A DNA stretch of 64,000 bases from the human T2T-CHM13v2.0 reference genome, Homo sapiens. The DNA lies in NCBI RefSeq assembly GCF_009914755.1, contig NC_060932.1, one strand, 5' to 3'. A model generated the notes under the pieces. It made no database searches and was not told the DNA's origin. It was given only the letters and a program-made list of their open reading frames with translations. Position numbers and translations under genes: made by a program. Shown one piece after another: positions 1 through 13,300 of this stretch; position 1 is the first letter of the stretch; every line of letters begins with the position of its first letter.

Positions 1-859
1 TAATATAACACATTATAAACTAAGCATTTAGATTCTTTAAATAATTACAAGTCCTGAATCATAAGAGAAGATAGGCAATTTCCTAGCTAGCGTAACAAAA
101 AGAAAGCAAAGAGTTTTCTCATGTGCATGGCATATATTACAATGACCACGGAAAACATGTCTAAATTTATATAATGTGAACGTTAATCAGGTAAAAAATT
201 ATAAGAATCAGAACTTGGTACTCAATTATATCATTCTTTTCCTTTTCAGTGTTTGGAGTTTATTTTGATTTTGATGTAAGTTGGTCTTAATTGAGGAATT
301 CTCAGTTTTTCTGCTGCTGGTATTTGTGTTTCCTTGCCTGAGGAAATGGATGATAAGGAGTCCAGGGAAGTCATGTTGTGATAATTTGGATAAGTTATCT
401 TTCCCAAACTGAAGTCTATTCTACTACATTATGAGTCTAAGAGTCATGAAGTTGGGTGTTTCCTGGAAGTTTGAGATTTTGCATGTTCATTTGTCTGTGT
501 AGCATCCAGTAATAAAGGTCAGGTTTGCAAATATTATGAATTTTCTGGTCCAAGTACTCATCTGATATTTGAATTTTCCCTGCAGCATTTCTACCAAGTG
601 GCAAACTATCAATCTCTGTAATGATCTTTCCAATTGTCTTGATTTCTTGTTCTTCTATGGAATCTCCCGTTGTTTCTAGTTTTATCCTTTGTTCCATTAC
701 CCCTGCCTATAATGCTTTTTTTTCCCCACCTTTACAAGACACAATCTTGCTGATTTTTAAAAATCAGATTTTATCTCTTATATAAGTATTCTTTTGTTAT
801 TAAAAATAATCTTAAAAATTCCTTCTCTAGGAAAAATCAGTTGCCCTCTTCATTATATT

Positions 860-1045
860 ATTATAGACATTGTTCCAAGCACCACTATAGAAGTTATCAC
901 ATTAGACATGGTTAATTGTATAAACATTTATTTCTCTGCTAAATTTTAAGCTACTTTAGATGTCATATCACTGTCACCTTGCACTTCCTAGTACAATATC
1001 TTGAATAAATCATAAGTATAAACAAAATACACTGAAGTTAATTTA
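860..1045 (+). mobile_element. L2 LINE 3' end fragment (degenerate)
   Basis: Resembles the L2 3' terminus (ttttaagctac...cctagtacaatatcttg...aaaatacactgaa); highly diverged, boundaries approximate. Confidence 0.45.
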
Positions 1046-1515
1046 TTTGAAAATATTCCCAGTTCAGTAGCCATTTTTATGGTGATGGGCTTGTCAGAGA
1101 AGAGTAGCATAAAAGACAAGACAAAACAAGCAGGATTTCATATTCTTGCCATAAAGAGGTCTGCAGAATTTTTTAGATTTCTGTATATAATGATTTGTCC
1201 ATTATGAAAGGAGAAAAATCAAGCTATCCCCAGCTATAGCTAATGCCCTTGAGCAGCCCCAAACCAACATCTCAATCCAATTTAAGGGTTTGCCCAAAGG
1301 AGTAATGAGAACAGCATTTATTCTGAACAGACTATATGATAAGCAGTTGGAGAGTTTTTGAGTTTCTTCTAATATCAGCAGAAGAATTCCAAACTGGTGT
1401 ATGCTGGTAACTACCAAGTCAAGCCAGTGACCAGATCTATGATCATTTGGCAAATGTTGGGTCTTCACAGGTTATGGAAGTGATTTCCTCCAGTGATTAG
1501 TAGTTGTCTATTTCT

Positions 1516-1812
1516 TTTTTTTTTTTTTTGAGACGGAGTCTCGCCTTGTCGCCCAGGCTGGAGTGCAGTGGCGCCATCTCAGCTCACTGCAAGCTCCGCC
1601 TCCTGAGTTCACATCATTCTCCTGCCTCAGCCTCCTGAGTAGCTGGGACTACAGGCGCCCGCCACCACGCCCGGCTAATTTTTTTTGTATTTTTAGTAGA
1701 GACAGGATTTCACTGTGTTAGCCAGGATGGTCTCGATCTCCTGACCTCGTGATCCACCCACCTCGGCCTCCCAAAGTGCTGGGATTACAGGCATGAGCCA
1801 CTGCGCCCAGCC
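1516..1812 (-). mobile_element. AluY, full length
   Basis: Poly(T) followed by Alu reverse complement with Y-type diagnostics (cactgcaagctccgcc, gtgttagccaggatggtctcgatctcc); 17 bp TSD AGTAGTTGTCTATTTCT at 1499-1515 and 1813-1829. Confidence 0.96.
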
Positions 1813-1889
1813 AGTAGTTGTCTATTTCTAAAGCGGTTTTGTTGTAAAGAAAATAATTAAACTATTATTACTAGAGGTGACACAGATTT

Positions 1890-2165
1890 TATTGTAGTTA
1901 AGAGTGTAGTTTGGAGTTTAGGGCTAAAGAGACATTACTTAGTTCTTTGATCTGCAGAGATCACACAGAAGGACCTTAGATAAGTAAAATAGCTTATCTT
2001 TGTTTTCCTTTTCTCATCTGAAAAATGGAGATATTTATCTCCAACTGATGTTCTCTAGATTATATAGCATATTTAAAGCACTTAGCTAAATGCCTGGTAC
2101 CTAGTAAATACTCAAAACCTGTCAGCTCTCGTTATCATCACCGTCATCATCATTATCACTATTAT
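1890..2165 (+). mobile_element. MIR SINE
   Basis: MIR core (ttctcatctgaaaaatggagata) and 3' part (aaagcacttagc...tgcctggtacctagtaaatactcaa). Confidence 0.7.
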
Positions 2166-2789
2166 TAACAAGAAACTCAGTGCTTTATTATGGGTCTATA
2201 AAACAAAAGACATACTAACAAATTAGTGTTAATAAGTGTCAGATGAAAACTAAATAAATATTCGGGGTGCATAGGGACTGGGAGAAAATTTCTTCCTGAC
2301 ATTTTTTCCTCCTTCTGTTTGTCAGTCAAGAGTATTGGGTACAGTAAGAAAATAACAAAGCTTTAAAAATAACTTTATAAATTCCTCCTTGTGCATGTGT
2401 CCATCTTTGTATGCTGTTTCCTTTAGATTGCAAGGACCTTTAGGCCAGAGACTGAATTTAACCTAGTGTTTAATATGGGCATTTATTTATTCAGTCTTAA
2501 AACTTCACTCTTGAATAAGCTGCCTTGGAGCTAAGGAGATCAGGCATCCCATTTTTTGAGGGATTATTTTATTTTTTAGTACATTTGGTGGGTGGCCTGT
2601 GAAATCCTAAAGCACGGCAATTTCTCCTCCCCACTTTTTTTTCATATTGCAAATATGCTTACTCTAGTGTAGTAGGATTGTCATTCCTGGGTTCAGGCAG
2701 TGGCTCTGCAGTCAATACTTCTTTAACATTATATAGCACAACTCTGCCCAGACTCTCTAACTTTACAAGTTCTAGAATTGGTGAATGAA

Positions 2790-2950
2790 TGAGCATTAAG
2801 CATTTTCTTTCGACTAGGCCCAGACTACACATTTTGAAATATATTATTTCAGTTAATCATCAAACAACCCCAAATATACATATTATAACTCCCATTTTAC
2901 AGATGAGAAAATAGGCTAAGAGAAGTTAAGTGATTTACCTAAGGATATTC
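2790..2950 (-). mobile_element. MIR SINE
   Basis: cccattttacagatgagaaaataggct...agaagttaagtgatttacctaagg is the reverse-strand MIR core. Confidence 0.8.
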
Positions 2951-3124
2951 CAGGTGGAGGACAACAAGTTGAGAGGCAAATTTGGAATTGTTGGAGCATA
3001 GAGTGCTGGGAAGAAGGCAGGTGGAGGAGGTTCAGCAAAATAGATCTGGAAAGACAAGCAAGGGCTGTAATAGGAAACACTTTTTCACCATGCTAAAGGA
3101 TTTGACTTTTATCATGGAGATTAG

Positions 3125-3285
3125 AGGCTTTCAAAGTTAAGATTCATTGACATCATCTGGTATGACTATTAAAAATGCAAATTATTGCTCTAATCCACCA
3201 CTCTGGTTCAGTAAGTCTGAAGTGGAGACTAGAATCTGTATTTTAATAAGCAGACCAAGTTATTCTGTTGGTTTGCAGTCTGTGG
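3125..3285. mobile_element. MER5A-like hAT-Charlie MITE
   Basis: ttaaaaatgcaaatt...ttcagtaagtctgaagtggagactagaatctgtattttaataagc matches the MER5A body. Confidence 0.65.
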
Positions 3286-3394
3286 CCAATGGGGAGCTTT
3301 AGAAGGATATTTTACAAGTGAATTTCATCATTCTTGGGGAATGAGGAGGATAGATAATGAGGATACTAAATTAGAGGCAAGAAACCACTTAGAT

Positions 3395-3564
3395 CACTGG
3401 TTCTCAAACTTGTCTGTATATAGGAATCACCTAGAAAGCTTTAAAAAATACTCATGCCCAGGTTCCACTCTCAGAAATTAGAATTTAATCAGTCTGTGGT
3501 ACCGCCTTGGCATTGTAAATTTCCCATAATAATTTTTATATGCAGCAACTTTTGAGAGCCACAG
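3395..3564. mobile_element. MER5-family hAT-Charlie MITE
   Basis: Terminal inverted repeats cactggttctcaaa ... tttgagagccacag; internal gaatcacctagaaagctttaaaaaatac. Confidence 0.8.
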
Positions 3565-4799
3565 TTTAGGAGATTATTGCAATAGGAAACATTGCTGCCC
3601 TGAATTAATGCAATTGTCAGTCCATTAACATTTCTGGGTAGATTAGAAAGTAGAAGTTATTTCTCCAAATGACTCTTAGTAGCCTTGTGCCATGGCCTTG
3701 GGCTGATTTACTGACTGATTCTCCACTGCTGCTGAACACCTGCTTGGTGCATTGCCTAATACAGCAACCTAGAAATGTTAGGGAGGTAACAGAGATGTGA
3801 ATAAAGCTAGAGAGGAGGAGAGAGAGACTGGTTCCTAGCAATGTGGTTTCAGTCTTACCACTGTCTACTTGAAGTCCCTACTTTGGTCCCCTCTGGTCTG
3901 GTTATGCCCTGGTTGGGAGAGTTGATTAGCTTGACAAATATAGCTGAATGGTAGTGGCTACTTGGGATGTTGTGTTGAGAATTATTTTGAGGTCAGGTCA
4001 GGAGTCAACAAGAAAAAGACCCCAGTTAAATAAAACTTTCTGCCCGGGGATCTGAAGGGGGTTATAGGAGCCTCAGGTCAGATATTTGTTATCCTGAGCA
4101 AGATGTTAATTATGAAAACATTCTCAGCCTAGACTTTATATGCAATTGCTTAAAGTCCAATTCCAAAAACAAAGAAAAAATTCCCTGCCTTGACCTACCA
4201 TGCACTGCTCAGAAGCAGATTTCTTGTACATAATGTTGTTATTTATTTTTTGTCTCCAACTGCTGTTCTACAAATCTCCCATTTTGTAGTAATTTGGATG
4301 AGAATATTCTGTATGGCTTCCTTTGCTTGTTCTTTCCAGGGAACATATCCTGTTGTAATAGAAGAGGCTATGTGCACGTTCATTCTCTTAAGAAGGAAAA
4401 TACTGTCCTCTGATATAAGTGAAACCTAAGAGACTCCCTCATGATTTTCTTTTATGGTTGCAACTATCTTTCACTGTAGGTTGCTTTCTGGAATTTTCTA
4501 ACCCTAGGATTCCCTACGCTTAGTTGCTGGCTTATGCTATTTCAAACATACTTTTGGGGGGTGAATGTGCATTTCCTGCAAAAGATATAAGACAAAGAAA
4601 TGGCGTTAGTTAAAAAAAAATCTTGTTTAGCAATATAAGTCTCAATAAAACAGTGAAGAAAATAGAAAAATAACTGTGTCAATATTATCTTACATTGGAT
4701 AGTAATAATTCCATTTTACAGATGATAAAATTGAGACTCAGAAAAGAGAAAAGGAATGGGATTAATATTTCATGATCGGCAGGTCTGGCAATCAGCTAA

Positions 4800-5385
4800 G
4801 TGTTTAATATACGTATTTCGTTTATTCACAAAAGCTATGTGAATTAGGTATTATCATGTGCTCTGGTCTGAAAGTTCCTCAAAATTTGTATGTTGAAACT
4901 TATCCCCATTATAGTAGTGTTAAGATGTGGGGCCTTTTAGGAAGCAATTAAATCATGAGGACTCCATCCTCATGAATAGATAACTGCCTTATAAAAGGCT
5001 TGGAGGGAACTAGCTTAGTCCTTTTCTGCTCTTCCATTCCTTCCACCATGTGAAGACATGGCTTCCTTTCTCCAGAGGATGCAGCAACGAGGCACTATCA
5101 TGGAAGTCGAAACTGGGTCTTCACCACATACCAAACCTGCTGGTGCCTTCCTTGATCTTGGACTTCTCAGCCTCCAGACCTGTAAGGAAATAAATTCTTT
5201 TTTTAAATAAATTACCCAGTCTGTGTTATTTTGTTATAGCAGCACAAATAGATAAAACATCATCCCTATCTCATGGATGAGGAAACTGAACATCAGAAAG
5301 TTAAAATACATTGTTCAAGGTCAAACAGCTAGAAGTAGTGAAAATACCACTTAAATTTTGCTTTGATTTACTCCATAGCTCCTAA
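4800..5385 (-). mobile_element. MIR split by an MSTD-like LTR
   Basis: MIR text on both sides of the LTR (gtgaattaggtattatca | tcatccctatctcatggatgaggaaactgaa...aaggtcaaacagctagaag). Confidence 0.7.
4859..5259 (+). mobile_element. MaLR solo LTR, MSTD-like
   Basis: Starts tgctctggtctgaa, ends ttgttatagcagcacaaatagataaaaca; near-TSD TCATG/TCATC. Confidence 0.85.
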
Positions 5386-5633
5386 GACCTGGGAGATCCA
5401 TGACCTTCCAACTTCCAGTCCAGCGTTTTTGCTTTGTCACCATCATAAGTTGCTGCTATTATCCTTCAAGTATCAGAATAGACTTAGCCTGCATCAAATT
5501 TGAACCTAAGGTTAAGAAAGTGTTGTCTCTAGAGTTTTAGAGCATGTTCTTTCTACAGATTTTAAGCTGAGAGCTCCAGTTCTTGGGCTATACTTAACCT
5601 AAGATGTGAGAATAGTAAACCTGTGTAGAGCAT

Positions 5634-6051
5634 TGTGTTAGTCAATTCTGCTATTGCTATAAAGAAATTCTTGAGACTGGGTAGTTTGTAAAGAAAAGAT
5701 GTTTAATTGGCTCATGGTTCTGCAGGCTGTGCAGGCAGCATGATGCTGGCATCTACTCAGCTTCTGGGGAGACTTCAGGAATCTTACAATTCTGGTGGAG
5801 GGAGAAGGGGGAGCAAGTACTTCACATGGCTGGAGGAGGAGAAAGAGAGAGTAGGGAGGTGCTACACACTTTTAAACAGCCAGATGTCGTAAGAACTCTA
5901 TCACAAGAACAGCACCAACGGGGATGGTGCTAAACTATTCAAGAGAATCTGCCCCCATGATCCCCTCACCTCCCACCAGGCCCCACCTCCAACATCAGGG
6001 ATTACAATTCGACATGAGATTTGGTTGGGGACACAGATCCAAACCATATCA
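5634..6051 (-). mobile_element. MaLR solo LTR, MSTA-like
   Basis: tgtgttagtc...gagatttggttggggacacagatccaaaccatatca; near-TSD AGCAT/AGCAC. Confidence 0.9.
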
Positions 6052-6155
6052 AGCACTTACTATGTGCCTGACACTCTTCTAAAGTACCTTACACATATTA
6101 ACTCATTTGATTTCCCTAACAGCTACTGGAGTAGGTGCTATCCTCAGTCACATGG
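6052..6155 (-). mobile_element. MIR fragment (host of the MSTA LTR)
   Basis: agcacttactatgtgcctgacact...acatattaactcatttgat. Confidence 0.7.
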
Positions 6156-8539
6156 TACAGCGCAAGAAGCCGGAGCGCATAGCCAGAGCCCAAGCCCCTG
6201 TTTCTAGCTACTTCTCCATGCTGCTCACATGTATGACTTCCTTCGTCTCTCCTTCCCTCCAGCCTAACAAATGCTGCCCAGCAGACTGACCTTCAGATTA
6301 CAGCTACTCACTGCTCACTCCGTTTTCTGACTGTGCTTATCTTACATAAAATCCCTCCTGGGATTTCTAAAATAATTCTTTTCTTTCTTTTTAAAAGAAC
6401 AGTGCCGTGGTACAGATCTTGGGGTCATGCTGGCTGGAGTCTTCCACCTTCCATCATTGCTTGAATTGCATGTTACCCTGTATCTGCTTTAGACTTACCT
6501 ATTTTGCTTTCTCTGCTTTGGGTTTGGTTTTTCTACAGGCATAGAATCTATAATCTCCAAAGAATAATTTACTTCACATTATTTTATGTTTCTGAGAATG
6601 TTTTTAATGGTAGATATTTTAATGTTCTATTTTAAGGAAGTGACAGGCCCTTTAGCTAATCCGCTTGCAGTTAGATGTATTTGCTATCTGAGCCTCAGAA
6701 GATCAAGCTTTTTTTTTGAACTGACAATGGAAAGTATATTAATGTTTCTGGCAGTACAGGTGCTATATAAACTCAAGAGTTTATGCAGATTATTTTCTGA
6801 AACTGAAATTGATTATTTCCTATGAAGTTGATTATAGCTATTCAGATCATGAAAATAAAATGTCAGCGCCTTTATTATTTTAGTGAGTAGAATTGCTTTG
6901 CTTTTTGTGGTAAAATAGCAGTTTCATGATATAACTTTTAAAGTATACTTGATTCTTTTTTTTCCTAAATAGCCATTTTCAGAGGGATGATCTATGGCTT
7001 GTCAACCTACAGTATAGCTGATGTAAAAAGTTTGTGATGGCAACCCTAAATGTTTTATCACCTGTCAGAAATTTCAATGATAATAAAAAGTAACATCCTT
7101 TAAATTAATTAGACATGATTAGGACTTCAAGCCCAGAGGCCACATCATTATGCAAAAATTATAACAGTTAGCTCTTTAAATTACCATTAAATTGATTCTT
7201 ATGTTAATTGATATCTCACTTATAACCCTAGATTTAATTTATATAAGATCTTCAGAAATAGTAAGGTATAATGATACATTATTTTGAAAAAATTCTTTTG
7301 AGGAAAAACACACTGAAAAATTGATTGTTATATTTGACTCTGGGTAGAATTTTTGTACTAGAATAAAGCTAATTTCTCATGAAATGGCATGGCTTACATT
7401 CATCTCTTGTGTTTGTGCATACCCCCACAAACACCAACAGAAGCTGCATGTGTGGTTCAATAGGGTAATTTTTTTCCCCAGTGAGCACTGTCTTATCTTC
7501 TCCTGTCTGACACGGGAAACAGGGTTTAATTTAACCATTTGAGACGCAGCATGTGCTGTGACACATTTTGGAAAAGAAGGGTAATGTGACTGTGCACAGA
7601 GTCGACTTTTGAAGATAGGAAGTGACATATATTTCAGAGAAGAACTGACACCCTGGGGTAGAATTAACAAGTAGAGTATCACCCACAGGGCTTGGATAAG
7701 CAGGTGCTGATGAAATACAGGTTTGAAGTTAAAATACTAGTTGCAAGCAACTTGGAATTAATTGTTCTTTAAGGACACATTGGGATGAACTCAGTTCAGG
7801 TACATAACCTCCTCATGCCTTTTTTCCCCCCGAGTGACTAGTTCTGAATCTGTGAGATGGCAAGACAAAATAAAATGTTGTTCTGGGCTCATTTAGAGCA
7901 TCAAGTCTCTCCTAACTAAAATACCTTCATATTAGTATTTTGAAATTTCTTGCCATATTGCAGATTCCATGAGTGTAGGAAATATAGCTTATCAGTATTA
8001 TATGGGCCTAATTCCTGGGGTTAGGTTTTCAATTGCTTAAGAATGCCCCAAGGAACCTCTGATTTGCTTTGTGGGTTTTAGCAATAATGATATTCAAATT
8101 GTAAAGTGCAATCACAGTATTACAAATGACAAGAAACTGTATTTGTAAGAATGGAATTAGGATTGAAACATCCAGGAAAAACTGTTGGAGATGGGACCTT
8201 TTCATAGTGCAGGCTAAACTCCCCCATAAATGGACGTATTTCCTCATCTTAATGGCTAAGATCTTCATTCATGTTTTAGTTGTTTCTGTTTTGTTTCTGT
8301 TGTCTTTATTTTCCACACCTTGTCACCACCCCGGGACTAAGCAGAGATGCAGCTAAGAGGCAAGAAAGGTCAGTACCCACGAATACATAATAGGAAACAA
8401 GCATGGTCTGAGATAGGAGACGCAGATGATGCTGGTACAGGAGCTCGTGAAGAGGGGATATAATATTATCTAAAATGTCCAGAAGTTATAATGCAAGGAA
8501 GGTGCTGAGATGGTGTGTCGGTTCCTAACTGCCTGGAAG

Positions 8540-8585
8540 AATATTTCCATCACTGCAGAAAGTTCTATTGAGCGGTAGTGCTGTC
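8540..8585. mobile_element. MER3/MER33-type hAT terminal fragment
   Basis: aatatttccatcactgcagaaagttctattga resembles the MER3/MER33 terminus. Confidence 0.55.
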
Positions 8586-8795
8586 TAACACCTGTTGAGC
8601 AGTGCTGCCTACTTAGAGGTGTGAATTTTAGTTCTGGGGCTTCTGCTCCAAGCTGCTAAATTCTGATAACCTCAACCTCTTCCTAGTTGCTTTCTGAACT
8701 TGCTACCTCCATGATACCTTTGTTATTATTATTTTTTTGCCTTTTCAGTTTTTTAATACATAGGTAATGATTCTTTGTATTAAATTCTCTATTAA

Positions 8796-9204
<409 letters not shown>

Positions 9205-9699
9205 CTTTCTCTCAATTTTTGATGATGTTCTTTACTTGCTGTTTAATGCCAATCTAACTAAAACAGAATGTTAAGTTAAAAAATTAAATTTAAAACATTA
9301 GCATGAGTTTTACTGGTAGTCTTTACATTGTGCAATGCCAGTTTTAACTGTAAATATCAGAGCATTTACCTCATTTGTGGAATCTCTGACATCACACAAT
9401 TTGGATTTTGTGGCTCATTCCTGGAAGATGTCTGCAGACGTTCAAGAGGGACAGACTTAAATGCAACTCATGAAGGCTGGAAGGAGGAAAAGAAGATACC
9501 TCCAGGCATACAGTTTGGCTAAGGGAGTGCTTTCAGGCATGGTGTTACTCACAAGAGCCTGGGACGTGCCCCATAATGCAGAGGGATAAGCCTGATGGCT
9601 TTGGGGTTCCCTATCTCATCGGCTACAGAATTAATGCCGTACGTATCAGCCAGAGATGGGATCTGGGGAAGTCAAGCCAGGTAACCTCCTTTGTTACGG

Positions 9700-10305
9700 G
9701 CCTGACACTGGACCCAGAGCAGTGAGGTAGCCCCCTAAAGATCTTTAAACCTCAGTACTGGGACACACTAGGTATTTAGATGGGTGTGGGTAAGAGGCTC
9801 ACCCCATCCAGATAGGGCCTCTAGCCAGCCACCTACATCAAAGGCTGTGCTGCTGCCAGCCCAGGGAGGGCATGGCTGCTCCCAAGTCCTGCTCCATGCA
9901 GCTATGTAATACATGCACCCAACCCTAACCCTCCTGCTTCCACGCCCAGGCTCATGCTGGGGCTGGAGGGTGGCAGTAGTCATTGGGCAGGGTTGTAGAG
10001 AGGGAGGCTAGTCAGGGTTTGGGCACCAGAGTGAGGAAGAACAGGTGGGCAAGAACCCAATCTTGGAAGGTGTCAAAGGGTGGGACCATGTGTGAGCTGA
10101 GGCTTAGAATGTACTCTTAAGTGCTTAGAATGTACTCTCTCATTCCATAGGACTTCACTTACAAAACACAAATTCAATCATAAAATTATTAAGAATTTCA
10201 ATTGTAATGCAGTGACCATAGAGCATGAAACTCCATGTGTGGGATCCTCCTGAGCACAGGGTCCTGTGCAAGTACATTAATCACATGTATGTGAAGCTGG
10301 CCCTG
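9700..10305 (-). mobile_element. MER45B/C-like hAT-Tip100 DNA transposon fossil
   Basis: Reverse complement starts cagggccagcttcac...gcacaggaccc...gaaattcttaataattttat...tgtgttttgtaagtgaagtcc, a MER45 hallmark; left boundary uncertain. Confidence 0.7.
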
Positions 10306-13300
10306 ATTAAAATGACTTATGTAGTCCTGTCTCCTGATGGGACCCTGACTGATATGGATGGGAAACCAGAAATTGGGTTAACTCTTGAAAATAAAGAGCC
10401 CAGAGCAGCAAAATTCTGCTCAATGTTTTCTCCTCCCCTGACAGTCCCATCTGCACATATATTAGTTGGCTTTTCAACACAGAATTATTTGGGGCCTCCT
10501 TTCACTGCTGACATTTCTCAGTTGACTCCAACGTTCATTGGCACATTCTTTTGTAAATGCAAATATTAGTAAGTTGATTTTCTTTAATTACTATTGTTTC
10601 ATCTCTACTCCCCTCAACGTTTACCTTCTCCAGATGACTCGATTTTACCAAATTATCTCAAGAATAAACATTTCCATACAAAATTATTTCTATTTCTATT
10701 TCTATCTTTGATATACCTTTGTCTCTCACTTGTGAAATAGTGTTCTCATAAAGGAGGAGCATTTTAAGTGTTTCATCTTACTCCATGTAGAATGTTTAAG
10801 TTCTGAGACTCTACATATAAATTTCTAAGAGGCTCATGCTCCATGAAACTTTCATAAGGATTTCCAAATTCCTTGGGTAGCAAATATGCATACCTATGCT
10901 TTATGATCTGTTTCCTCTGCTATATTGACTTTGGTGTATTGCAGGAGCAATTTTCAAGCTAATATTCCTGTATAGGCTGCATGCTTGATCCTTTGGAGGT
11001 AAGAAGGGAACTGGCTTTCTTTCCTCCCACATATCTAATTGGAAGTGACCTGGAGTTTCCTTCTTTCCCTTGTACTTAGGGCACTCTTTGCAGGCTTGCT
11101 GGCTAGCTTCATGATCCCTCCTATACCAGTGCTTCCTAGTTTTTTTCACCTCTGACACTGAGTTCACTGGGGACAGAATTATAGGCCCAGTAAAAGTTTA
11201 ATCTAGATTGAATTTAATATATGACATTTGTTGCAATACAAGAGAAAACAGAGGATGGAGCTAGGTTTGTTTTCTGTTCATTCAAACCCTGAGCCACATT
11301 TTTCTTCTTAGACAACATCTATCCATATTCGTAGAGTCAACCATTTACCAATAGATTTCTACATTTGAGTTCAAATGGGAAACAAAGTCAGCTAAGGAAA
11401 ATTTAAAAATCCATGTCATTTGGCCAAATAAAGGAGAACTTTGGTATCTTCCAAGAAGCCCCAACTCACCCCAATTCACTAGTTGAAAAGCAGTTATTAG
11501 TAGGCTTAAGTGGCTGGGAAAATAACAGGAGAATTTTGCATATGAAGAAGTGAATTACTCTAAGGAGAGAGACTAGCAGAAGCTAAATAATTGTCCCTTT
11601 CACCTGAACATATGCCTGAACTAAAGAGAGAATCTGGGAAAAGACAGAGGCGGTTTCTACCTGAGGAATGTTTCTTCCCAAAACAGAGCCAAGAAAGAAC
11701 CAACCATATTGACAAGGGCATTTTTGATTAAGATAAGTCATGTAAATATTGTACAGGTATCTGCAGAAAATGTTGCCTCTCAGTAGGGAAACAATCTGCT
11801 TTCCCAAGACAAAATTGATCAAATGTGCATTTCTGGGATAGACAGGCTGCTGCAAAATTCACTACAGATAGTTGAGGTGTAAATGTAGAGAAAGTGATGC
11901 ATCTGAGAGTTATGCCCCATGATGATCATGAGTACATGCCAAATAATATTAAGCACTTATCTGACGTCTGAATCTATTCTTTTCATTGCAAATGTACAAT
12001 GAGTGACTTTTCAGGAATAAAATTGGAGGCTCATTCCATGCATTTTTTCGTCTTATAATAATAAATAAGCCATAGTTATTTTCTTCCAAATATATATGTA
12101 GCTTAAAGCTTTAATTGAGGAACATTTTTTTATAACTCATTTTCTATACTGATTTTCCCCTTGTTTTATTCAGACACATTTTCATATTATATTATATCAA
12201 AGACTATTTAACGTAGAGTTTGGAATGATGGACTTAACAGTCTCTTGATATGCTTTTTATCCCAGAAATGTGACTATTTCATGCTATGGTCTAACTGTTT
12301 TTAGTGTAATATGCATTGTGTGCATATAATACAAATATATGCATATGAAAGTTTATGCATATACTGTTTATTGTAAAGGTAAAATATTTCAGCACTCTTA
12401 CATCTTTGAGTCAGTAGACACTATAAATCAGCCACATCATATGAAACATCTGCTATAATTGGAGTGTTCTTTAAAATGTATATTTCTTCATTATGCTTAA
12501 ATATCAGCCATCTTGGTATTCACCTTTCCATTATTTATGGCACTGGGATAAATATCAGATGGATTGGATTAGGACTCAGGTTAGATAGCATTTTAAATCA
12601 GTGCCTGTATCTATGATGCTACCTTTGCAAGATGCTTTGGGAGGTAGTTGATTTTTCAATTATATGACTACAGAGAAAAGCTACGAATATTTGTATTTGC
12701 TTTCCTTGTTTGTATTTTTTCAGCTTGTTAAACTGTGATCTGCTTTGTCTAGGTTATTTGAAAGCTCATCATCATCCAAAGAAATGTGGTTTGCAAATTA
12801 AAACAGTAACATCCGCAATTTCCCCTAGAGAGACTTGCTTCTACCCTGCCCGAGGCAGTATCACTGAGTAACAAATAGTTAGAAGGTTTCTCTCAGCTGC
12901 TACTGTGTTTATGAGTATTCAGCACTGGCAGGCAGGGACCTGTCCTCTGTAGATGCTAATACAAACTAATGTGAGCCATAGTCACAAATTTCTTTTGGAG
13001 AAATGGCATGGCTGTTATCACTACTAGAATGTTTGCCAAAGGCAAAAAGCAAACAGCAGTAACAAAATCTTTCTGATCCCTCCACTGTCTGCTTCATTAA
13101 GTGATGCTCCAGACCTCAGCTAAATATATTCCCTCTCTGGCCCTAATATTGCAATGCTCATTTCTATCAAAGTAGAAACATTGGCCAAGTAAAGGCAGTT
13201 GAACCACAGCATAAGATTGAAAGCCAATTGTGTTTTTATTTAGCTTTGTTCTGTATTTTTGATTGTATGCTTGATGTGTGTGCTTAAGCAAATTTAAAAT

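Larger units (their letters stand above)
2960..3610 (-). mobile_element. L2 fragment interrupted by two MER5-type elements
   Basis: Purine-rich antisense L2-like text (ccatgctaaaggatttgacttttatc; ttaggagattattgcaata) on both sides of the MER5 inserts. Confidence 0.55.
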
